Source: Octopus sinensis
Taxonomy: Eukaryota
Reading direction: 5' to 3'
Length of the DNA: 64,000 bases
Assembly: GCF_006345805.1 (NCBI RefSeq)
Contig: NC_043016.1
Coordinates: 23,994,001-24,058,000, forward strand
Below, piece by piece: positions 52,975-64,000 of the stretch. The notes below the pieces were generated by a model. It saw only the letters and a program-made list of their open reading frames with translations. It was not told the origin of the DNA and ran no database searches. Numbering within the stretch: position 1 is the stretch's first letter; every line of letters begins with the position of its first letter. The translations under genes and the position numbers were made by a program.

Positions 52975-53390
52975 GTAAAGAGGAAAATAAATGAAAATGA
53001 ACATTGGAAATCAAAAAAAGTCGAAGCTTTTTTTATGAAAAGTAATGAAAGATATATACAATTGGATGAACTGAGGTAGGAATAAAAGTAATAGGTCATT
53101 ATTGGGAATTGTTGGAGATTTAAAAGTATAACCGTTTCATAAATTACTAATCATTGCTTTGTATACAGGTATTCATTGCTTTGAATGCACGTCCATTCTA
53201 AGTAATGATTAGTAATTTATGAAAGTTATGCTTTTAAATCTCTTTAACAATTCACAATGATTTTTATTACTTTTATTCTTACCTCAGTTCATTTAATTGT
53301 ATATATCTTTTGTTATTTTTCATAAAAAAGGCATGACTCTTTTTTTTTTTATTTCCAGTGTGCATTTTCGCTTATTTTTCTTCTTGCTTA
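52975..53390 (+). repeat. Long imperfect inverted repeat / predicted RNA fold-back (core arms 53026-53159 and 53200-53332, 40-nt loop)
   Basis: Hand alignment of the 5' arm against the reverse complement of the 3' arm shows about 130 nt of near identity, for example GATATATACAATT..ATGAACTGAGGTA.GAATAAAAGTAATA and TTTCATAAATTACTAATCATT. Weaker homology extends outward. Confidence 0.9.
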
Positions 53391-53803
53391 CCACTATACA
53401 CACACACACACACACATATAAACACATGCACTGCAATTATATTCAACATTTTGAGCTATGGGAGTAATCATTCTGCAATACTTCTATTTTCATTGGCCTC
53501 TTATTTTCTTTTTAAGCATTTCTTTAAGAAAATTATAAAATCATAAGATTAGTTTCTGCTTTAAAATACCATTTTTCTGCACATATCCTGTTCTCATCAC
53601 TTGAATGTTTTTCTAAAGAAAATAATGGTCACATAAACATAATCCCATGCAACACTCATGCATACATACAAACATACACATGCATTTGTTCATTCACTCA
53701 TTCAAATGCATATTTATATTCTAATCAGATACATAAATGCATACAGATTACACATGCATCCTTATTTTTTCCTCAGACATATACAGTTATATATGCATTT
53801 GCT

Positions 53804-53837
<34 letters not shown>

Positions 53838-54170
53838 TCGTCATTACTAGCTTCATACATTTATCCACAGACACTCTTGACTTATAAGAGTTTATTTAAC
53901 ATTCTTGCAATCTCTCTGCAGGGAATATTCATACCTTAAAATTAAGGTAATCTATTGTGATATATAGAGGCATAATGTTTAGGGCTATAACGGGTACTTG
54001 TCTACTCGATGAGCCTAGCTGTTGTCCAACCAAGAATAGATTGTTCTATCAATATCTTGCATTAATAACATTCTGTACATGCATATGTGTGCATACACAT
54101 ACTTTTGTGTGTCACACTCTTATGTTCACAAATTAATATAAAATATTAGTTTGTGAATACACACACATAA

Positions 54171-54203
<33 letters not shown>

Positions 54204-57200
54204 TTCAGTTTTATACATAAGAATATTAGAATATATTATTTCCAGACACCCAGATTTAAAAATCTTGTAATTTTAGTATTTCCTGGATATCTCACATCAA
54301 TTATTTTCCAGTAAGCATGTTGAAAATTTTCATGCAATATATGTATATAGATCAAAAGCAAGGTCATATTCTGATATCCTTATCTTCAGAGCAATTTAAA
54401 GCTTCTGTGATATTGAAAGTTCTTCAGGCAGTGCATATTTCAAGCATTTAAAAGTGGTCTTATAAATTAGTTATTTGACTAAAACAAAGAGCTTGGCTGG
54501 GCCAATAAACTATTTGGTACAATTTGAAGATATGACAAGTTGCTGATTGATTCATTTTTATTACATCAAAAGGACTTCATGTTAATCTAGTTGACTCAAG
54601 TATAACATTTTCTTCACAGTTAAACTGTTTTCTGATGTTGGTGTTTTGCGTGAAATTGAATTGTACTAATTTAAACGAATGTTTATTTCAATATTCACTG
54701 TTATATCATATGTAAAGTTTCAAAGTTCAAGGGTGGATAGTTGTGAGTGCTTATAAATTTGTTAGCTTGTTATTTTATTGCTAATATGATAATAAAATAA
54801 GACTTTACCAATGGATGTTTTTTTTTTTTATTTTGTTTGTACTCTTATCTCTATCTACCTTTCTCCCCATTCCTCTTGGTTGGACAATAGTGATTTTGGA
54901 TTCTAGTGTTTGCTGGGGCTTGTAGTGTCCTTTGTTCATTGGCTGTGTCAAATACTTGTAGCCCTATATTGGTCACTCAGGGAAAGAACAGTCATTTGGA
55001 ATGAAAAGTTTATTCACTTGCAGTTGTAATCATTGATTGTTCCAAAGAGTTTTAGACTCAAGAAGTTTATATAAATATATCATTCATAACCATTTATTTC
55101 AATTAAGTTATTAAATACATGTATTATATAACAATGCTACATAATCAACCTGATTAGTTTGTTTTATTGCAATCAGCAGATACATTAAAATTTACTTTAC
55201 AATTATATAATTATACTAGTTATTGAAAAAATACTTATTAGATTGTCATAGTTTAGTAAAAAAAAAAAAAATTCCATTATTAGCATTATATTTAATACAT
55301 AACCATTTTAAAATGTATATTAAAACATTTAAACTATTAAATTCAATTTACTTATATTCCTAATTGAAAAATAACTCATAGATTTACTTTCTAGCATTTG
55401 CTTCTATATCAAATTATCTAATCAGGCTCGTATGTGTGTATGTATTGGTATGGTTGCCAAGTCGGATGTCTATTTCCTAAAGAGCAAATTACAATAGAAA
55501 TTATCTCCCCTTCTTTCTTGAGTAGTGCTTTAGTTAAAAACGAAATGAGGTTATTCTGTTGAAGGCATTCACTCTAGAACTGAAAGGATATTGTCTGACT
55601 GTCAGTCTAATAAATTACTATTCTGATTCCATTCCTGCTTGGATAAAAATAATTTAGTTTCTTTCAATATTTACTGATGCAATAGGTCTTGAAATTTTTC
55701 GTTGTTTTTAGCATTTTAGGGTTTTTTCTTTTTTTTTCTAACTGCAATATCTTAATGTCTTCAACTTTTCAGTTCATAGTAGTGTATATATAATAGGCTG
55801 CTGAATGTATAGTAGATGTGTGCATTTACCTTATATTTGAATCTGCCTCTTCACATGAATGAATGTATTACAATCCATCAAAGACCTAATTTTGGCCAAC
55901 ACATTATGTACATGTGCACACATTCTTGTACCAGTCCATTGTTGCTCATTGAAAGTTGAATAATTTATGTGTGTACATGTGCATATATACATAATGCATA
56001 ATATGTGATATTAATAGAAAGAATAATTATTTCTATTACAAATTTATACTTTAGCATACTTTAGAAGTAGATTTTTGCTTGGCTTCTTTAAAATTATTGT
56101 AATTCTTCATGGAAATACAATAGATTGATTTAGGAAGAACCTAAACAGCAAGTATTTTTAAGTGTTTCATGTCATCAAATTTTGCATTTCTCAAACACTT
56201 CAAACAAGAGGTTTGGGAGTCTGGTATTGTTGGTGAAAATGGCAAAAGTATTTCAAATACTGGAGAAAAATATCATTAGCATAATTTACAAAAAGTTTCT
56301 GACTGGAGTTACAATGAGGATGCTTCTGATGTGACTTGCAGTATCTTAATACAGAATATTCATTGTGGTAGTATCTTAGTAAGAAGACTGGCTGTTTTGT
56401 TGGTCTAATGATAAATGAAAAGAAACAACACAATGTACTTGAAAATTTAGTAAAGCATTGTACTATCTATGCTTCTTGGGGCACTGTTGAGGATTAAGAA
56501 TTTGTAATATATCTGATACTTGTCAGGTTGGCAAGAGCCCATTTCTCTTTACCAATTCAAGTTTTCAAAAATGGTAAATTATTTTTATGGTGCTACCTGC
56601 CTCTTAGAACAATACATTACTCTGTAGTAGTTATTGCCGGGTGGATTAGACCATTGAGAATTAGTGTCTTTGCTCAACATAATTCAGTATGTCAGTAGCC
56701 TGAGCACTATGCCAATAAGAGCAGTTGTCTTTCTCATTTCAGCACATGATTACAATAATTCTGGAGATTCCATTTGTTTTGTTTTGATAAGCATTAATCA
56801 CGCTTACCATTAAGACAAAAATGTCATCTGAAACTTAATTTCTTAACAGTTCATAATGGATTTTAATATATGGCAAGAGCTAGGAAAATATTACATCTTT
56901 AGGAGTAATAAATTTTATAAAGATTAGGTGACACATTAGACCATGAACATTTTTGATCTCTTTGATTTGTTTTCCTCAACGTTTGACAAAAGGAAACTCT
57001 TGTAAAGATAGTTTTTAATGCATAGCAGCTGAATTATTTCTGTTGTATGCCTCATTTGTTTTTAATTTGACTGACAGACCAATTAATTAGTATAAATCCA
57101 GTGGAACTTGCCTTTGTAGATGAAGGAAGATATATGGTCCTGCCTTATGGAATAGATATTGGTTTATATGAGAGATTCCTTTTTTTCATTTCAATTACTG

Positions 57201-58010
57201 AATTATGCCACTGTTCTGGAGATATTTCACCGCTATTTCTTCATATGTACATACATGCATATATATGAATATTTATATGAACATATTTTCATATATATAA
57301 TATGTATACACACAATAAATATGTAGTATATGTTTAGTTAAAATTAATGGTGAATCATTGGGTTTTGGCTCTTGCCCTCTTTTTGCGCGTGTGTGTGGAA
57401 ATTTGTAGACATGGTAATTTTGCTTTCCATATAATTAGTGAGTTACAAATGCCTTTCTTAATACTCTGACATTAATTTTAGACTGAAATTATATCTTTAT
57501 CCACCAACTTAGATATGTTCAACCCTTATATATTGCTAGTATTTTTTTTTTAAGCACCAACTTTGAAGGATGTTAGCTGATGAAATATAAAGTTGAAATT
57601 TTCAAAGTTGTCAGTTTTGATGCTTTAACGCTATCAAAATATGTAAGTAGCCTTATAGTGACACTGTCATGTTACTTGGAGACATATAGAGGAGAAACTG
57701 AATTTGGTTTTTAAAGTTGTAAAATATAAGTTTTCTATTTTAGTTCTTGGATTTTTTTCTTTTTTTACAAATTTTTGTGAAGCTGAGTTTGTTAATCTGA
57801 ACAAAAATGCTTGTTCAGTAGAAGAAATTTAAAGATAGCTAGGAATATTTTTCAGTGCTATTGGAAAGTATCTATTCTTTAAGGGAAGTAGATTTGTTTT
57901 TTTATTTGCTATAGTTTTTGATATCACAGAAAGAAAACATTCTGATCATTTGGATAGCATCAATATATGTATTTCTAGCTTTATCAGATAGAATATATAA
58001 ATATATGAAC

Positions 58011-58160
58011 CATATGCTCTGAGTTCAAATCCTGCCAAGGTCAACTTGGCCTTTCATTCTTCCAAAGTTGATAAAATGAGGTACTAGTCAAGTACTAGGC
58101 TCAATATAATTGACTCTTCCTAACTCCCTAAAATTCAGGCCTTGTATCAATGTTATAAAA
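58011..58160 (+). mobile_element. Second SINE family copy
   Basis: gagttcaaatcc (B-box-like)..tcaacttggcctttcatt..gataaaatgaggtactag. Confidence 0.7.
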
Positions 58161-58176
58161 ATTTACTAGTGTTTTA

Positions 58177-58216
<40 letters not shown>

Positions 58217-59758
58217 TTACATTACAGTACCGAGTATTAAAGTCAGGCATTTTTAACGATATGAGCATTTTCCCTTTTTTTTTTTTTTCTAATTTCAAAA
58301 AGTTTCATCTCCCATTAGTTAGATTCATACAGAAGACAGACTTTTGATTTGAAATTTTTTTTTTTTCCAGTCATTATCATTTTCTTGTTATTGATCTCTT
58401 AGTATAATAATGTCCTCTTGAACCAAGTAAAATTAGTTTTTATCAATATTGAGGATTCTCATTTCTTAGTTCATTTTGATAATTCTAATGAAATAATTTG
58501 TGCATACGTAAATAAATACATACATACATACACCAAACTTTCATTTTGAATATTTTTTAAGTTCATCACAGAAAAAAAGAATCAGACTGTCATTTAATCC
58601 ATTTTCAATTTTTCCTCTATCTCTTTTTAAAACTTCCTCAAGACAGTGTATGTGATAAACTAGGGAATCACTGTCCAAATTTCTGTACACCTCAGTTCTG
58701 TGAACTTCAGTCTATATGATGTTGCCTTTCTTTAAGTGCCTGTCCACACTAATTTAGACGGTATTTAAATTTAAAAAAAAAAATAAAATAAAAATAATAA
58801 ACAAAACCAAGCATTACAAATTATCAGAAAGAACGAAAACATGACTTCAAAAGGTTCCCATTCTATCAAGCTTTATATTTGTGTGTGTGCATATACAATT
58901 GTATAAATGTGTTTGTGTTTATATACATGTGTGTGTATGTATGTTTATGTAAATGTAATACCTTCAAGAAATAATTTGTGAATAATTGGCACATTTATTG
59001 TTTACAAAGTGCAAAAGTTTTTAAAAAAGGATATCTTTCATCATTGCAGTTACATTCAGTTTAAATTGATTACACACATCTTTCAGTGAAGTAATGTTTT
59101 ATCCCTTACTTGAGGTTTAATGAAATTAAGCAGTTTGTTTACAGCACAGCGAGTTTATTTAATTTTTTTTTTTTCATGTTTTTAGTATTAGTTTTGATAA
59201 TTCTTGCCATTGTATTATGGAGTTGTACCTTTTATTATTATTATTATTATATTATTATTATTAATGGGTTTTCATTTGCAATTTTTCAGATTTTTTTTTT
59301 TTAAACAATAAGAAAAAGTATCTTTAGTCTCCTAAATGGTGGTAATACAAACTGATGTAACTCTTTGAAACTCTACTTTTTGTTGAATAAAATAACAGAT
59401 AATTATAGAACCCTTACCCTCTTTTTTCATAAATCAAAATTAGGTTTATTTAATTTAATCTGATTGGTTGTTAATGAAATTAAACATAAAGTGCTATTTT
59501 ATCTTGTATTTCATTGTTTACTAATTTTTCAAAGTTTTATCCGTCCGCTGGGGTTTATTATTCGTTCCCGTCCCATTGATTAGTGTTATTTTAATGATTT
59601 AAGTATCCAGAATACCATGTCCAAGTTTGCATGTAGTAAGTGTAGCATAAAATGTTATTGCATATTCTGGTTAGTTTGTATTTATGGGACTAGGTTTATG
59701 ATTTAAGGTGTTTTGTTTTTATAGGCATTAGGAGTACATTTGTTGTGTGTGTGTGTGT

Positions 59759-59801
<43 letters not shown>

Positions 59802-61019
59802 TTATAAATTCTTGTTTGACTTTGTTGCATAAAAATGTTTAGTTTTTTTATATAAGAGAATTCACACAAAAAGGTTTAAAAGTGCATTTAAGTGCATTTA
59901 CTTACACTTTCCAATCAAGAATTAACTTCATGGAAAGCCTGAATATTCTCTAACTATTCAGTTTGTTTTAATTAATTTTTCAACACAGTGTATAATTTCA
60001 GTTTTATATACAATAGTTCTCAAAAATATTGAAATTAAATTTGAAAATTTAATTAATTTTTTTTTTTCTTATTTGGTTTAAATTAGTTCAAAATGAAAAC
60101 TCTTGAAGTCATATCTTTCTGATGAACAAAAATTGAATTTAGGTAATTATCTTTATTGTTGAAAACTTAAGCCGTTATTCCTAAAGTTAATCAATATTTA
60201 GAAAATTAAACATTTAATTAGTGGATAAATAGGGACTGGTATTGTTTTGTTAGTGTGGATAGGCACAAAACACTAATCAAATGTAATTTTCAACCTTTCC
60301 AATCCTATAAATATAAGACTATACAAAATATTTATCTTTTCCTTTACAAGGTATTTGTTAAAAGTGATTTTAAATATGAAAAATAACTGATATGTATGTG
60401 CTGGGAAAAAGTTGGTTATCTAGTGGGTTTTACTTTATTTTTCTCTCTCAATAGTGTGGATGTTGAACACTTCATTTTATTGGAGTCTTGTATGTTGGAG
60501 TATTTTTTTTTAATAATAGTGGTGAAATAAGGTTAAATCTTATTAAAAGAACAGTTGAAAAGTATTTTATTCTTGTTAGGCATTGGCAATTTCTGTAGCT
60601 TTATAGCATTAGCTTTAGGCTGACTAACATGTGAGAAAAATTTTTACACACCAAAAAAAAAAAACCCCATTTAGAAGAATAAAATTATTTTCAAATTAGT
60701 TTCTCGGTATAAGCATCTAAATTTACATACCAAGCACTTTTATTTTTAAGCCTGTATTAGTTTACATTCATTGTAATATGATTTTGTTATATTTTAATTC
60801 TTTGTTATGTATTTTAATTTTACTAAATTCCTAAAAAATTTTTTTCAACCTTTGTATCTTTGAATATTTTATTTTTCACAGTTATGCTTTCAAGTTTATA
60901 TTGGTGATTACTGTAGATGTAAATTAAATTTCAAGTATATTTTTTACCCATAAAAAGGTTTTAGGTAGATATTTCAACTAATATATATACATGTATATAT
61001 ATATATGTATATATATATG

Positions 61020-61064
<45 letters not shown>

Positions 61065-64000
61065 TACAATAACATCTTTCTTGCTCATTTCTTTTTAATT
61101 CAATATAAAACCTAGTTTCTCTGAACACTGAACAAGATTATTCAAATATTCTAGGTAAATTACATTATTTTAAGAGCTTTTATATTATTTTTTTTTACTA
61201 ATTTATATTTGGTTCATTTGTCAACCATCTGGCTTATGATAGGTAGAACTATATTTCTAACCATTGATAAATTAGTGTTAATTAGTAACTGCTATGTTTC
61301 TTAATTTCTCTCTTCAACTTAACGCTAGACTTTGCTGGTTTTTAACTTATGGGTTGCTGATAGAATGGGACCTTTGAACAGTTATGTTTGACATCATCCT
61401 ATCCCTTTTCACAACATACACATTATCTAGATGATCCATTAACTTTACAGTGCTCTCAAATATTTTCATTTTTTTTTTTCTCTCTTCTTCTTCCCCTCCA
61501 TTTTATTTATTTGGTAATTATATTTTTAGCAGACCATAATGATAGTCTGTTTATTTCTATTTGAAACTTGTACTCACATATTTTGCAGCAGTCAGAAACA
61601 TTGCAATGCTGTAAAAAAATATATATATATAAAAAATATGAAAAAAATTGTACATTATAAGAAACTCCCGAATAAAGTGTTCAACAGCTACATAACTGGG
61701 ATTAACTTAGTAAAATTAAAACTTCGTTTATTAACCGCTGCAAATCTCCTACATAGCAACAGAATCTCTATTGATCATCTATTGCATTCAGAACCCCATT
61801 CTTATAATTACTATTATTATTTCATTCTTCTAATTCAATTATGAATTGAAAGTTTATACTTTATTGATTAACATTAATAATTCCATGAAAAAAAAAGATA
61901 GGTCCTGCTAAGCAAATTTTTTCTTTTTTTTTTAATAAAGAATTTGTCATTGTTTTTTCTGCTATACATTAACATAAACATGTCCTTACAATTGTATACT
62001 TCTTTATATCAATATTGGTTCAAAGGCATTCCTTGATTCTATATGACAGTTTTTAACAGACTTATTACATTTTCGAACATTCACAAAATCGGAAGCTGTC
62101 CTGTTTTTTTTTTAAAAAAAAAAGCTTCAACATATTTGCATGTCATGCAATTTTTATTTGACTTTTTATGAATTAATTCCTCCATCCAACCATCCTTTCT
62201 ATAAAAAAAAATATAAAATAAAATGAAAAACAAAAACAACCCATCCCACCTTTTTTTTTGCAGCAAAACAAAAAGATAAATATATTTAGCTGAGTCTATG
62301 TCATGGGTATTTGCAGCGGTTAGCTATCATTTAATTGTGATTAGGTGATGTCTTGTTGGTTGTTTTTTTTTTCTTTTTTTCTTTTTTTTTTATTCGCTTG
62401 ATGCTGATTAAGGTTGTTGGTCCCCAGTTGCTGTTGTTGAATCCTGAATATATCATAATTTTAGTCATCCATGATATGTAAACAGCATCTTACCATATGT
62501 TACACTCTCAGTATTTAAATTGTTCTCTAAGAAAACTTATTACATTTCATGCTCAACTACATATACCCATCCTGTGACTATTTGCAAATTTTACTTAGTA
62601 TGTTCAATAATGATGAAATGCCTTTCTAGCACTGAGTTTGGCATTCATGGTAGTAAGTTTAAGTAATTAGTAAGATATGTAATAAAGAAAATTCACCAGT
62701 GATCAGTTATTATTTATACTTAAGAAGTAGTTTGGTTTTTCTTTTTTTTCTTTGCTTTTTCAATATATGTTATATATTAAAGACATTTTATTTAGCAATA
62801 TAAATGGACTTGGTTTATATATATTTTAAATGTTTCATTTCATTGTTTGATAGATTCAAAAGTTTATTAGACACTTTAATTTTGCTTTGTAAATTCAAGA
62901 GATAAAAATTTCTTAATTACAACTAATAACTGGTCCTTTTCAGTTAATAAGTTTATAGTTTCACTGATATATAAAAAAAAAGCAAAAACCATTTAGCATT
63001 TTTTTTTTTTTTTTAGATTTTTTTGGATCCAAAGAGAGAAAATAAACAAACAAAAAAGGACTGCCCCCTCCCTCCCTCCCTCATAGTTGCAAATGTTATT
63101 TTAAGATACTTTGCAACACTCAATTATCTTGAAGAAAAAAAAATATTGAAAAGTTGCAAAGATATGTATTGCCTATTTACATTTGTTACTGCAAATGTCT
63201 TTCATTATCAGTTTTGTACTTTATTGTTAGCAAAATGGACTCTGACATGTTCTCTTTCTAGCCATAGTATGCTGAAAGAAGGCTTTCATGATGACAACAC
63301 CTGGAAATTGAAACTGGCATATTAAGATTAAGACACAATTGATGAGAATATGGTATTTAAAAAATAATAACAAACAACTTAAAACCCAGGAAAGATAGGT
63401 GAAAGTGGACTTTTTTTTCTTTTTAGGGTGGGTGGTAGGGTAGGCAAATATTTTGTAGGTTTCTTAATTTTATAGTAAATTATTGCTATTGTGGTTCCAA
63501 ATAATTTATTGATTTTGTGTAATTTCTAATTTTATTCAGATCTAATTTAATAGTTTTGTTTTTATTGATTTTTGTTAATTCTTTGGTTTATATATAAAAA
63601 TATTTGCCATTTTTTTCAAATTCACCTTTCTACCTTTCTTTCCTTTTTCACCTCCCTAAATTAAAATGAAATAATAATAATAATAAAAAAAAATCTTTCA
63701 TGTTAAAATTAACTTATATATAATATCCTGTAGTTTTAAATTATAGATTAAAAGTTATTACACTATTGAAAACACACCCAGGTCATTTGCTGCTTTCTAT
63801 TTCTCATATATATTCCCTGGGAGCTTTTGCAGCAATCAAAACCTTTGCAGAAAAATCTTTTCAGAGTAACTGCACATCTTGGATTATTATTTGTAGATGT
63901 TTGCCACATTTTGTTTGATTTGAAAAATTTTTTCTTAGAAGTTGTTGATGGAAAAAAGAAAAAATTGCTAAATTTTGCAGTTAAATTTTTTTTTAAATGA

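Noticed and set aside
55902-55996. Small hairpin (14-bp plus 8-bp stems)
   Set aside because: It is built from CA/TG/TA simple repeats, so it is expected by chance here.
4589-62266. Many 60-130-aa ORFs rich in YI, CV and HT dipeptides
   Set aside because: They are translations of (TA)n, (TG)n and (CA)n microsatellites or AT-rich noise, with no domain signal.

Overview
AT-rich, microsatellite- and SINE/RTE-rich animal genomic DNA. The repeat families look like those of Octopus; this assignment is inferred from recalled repeat sequence. The window holds one protein-coding gene on the + strand, a Nova/pasilla-family RNA-binding protein with three KH domains. Its constitutive CDS is join(8041..8158, 41367..41507, 42081..42226, 43958..44111, 44803..45968) = 1725 nt, 574 aa, with all splice phases consistent and a 33-kb first intron. 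Bases 1-4600 are decayed RTE LINE and SINE debris. No other gene was found after the stop codon. The most interesting signals suggest a hidden layer of RNA regulation on Nova itself. (i) A 72-nt phase-0 cassette candidate lies between KH1 and KH2, at the position and length of the autoregulated vertebrate NOVA1 exon 4. (ii) Intron 1 holds several candidate alternative exons and microexons (51, 7, 114/146 and 5 nt); the 7- and 5-nt ones are each frameshifting alone but restore frame together. (iii) Dense sense-strand YCAY (Nova-binding) clusters sit just before the ATG, around the 7-nt microexon and after the stop. (iv) A long fold-back about 7 kb downstream of the stop has arm differences that are almost all G-U compatible on the sense strand. 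All alternative-exon and RNA-structure calls are sequence-only predictions. Counts and alignments were done by hand.
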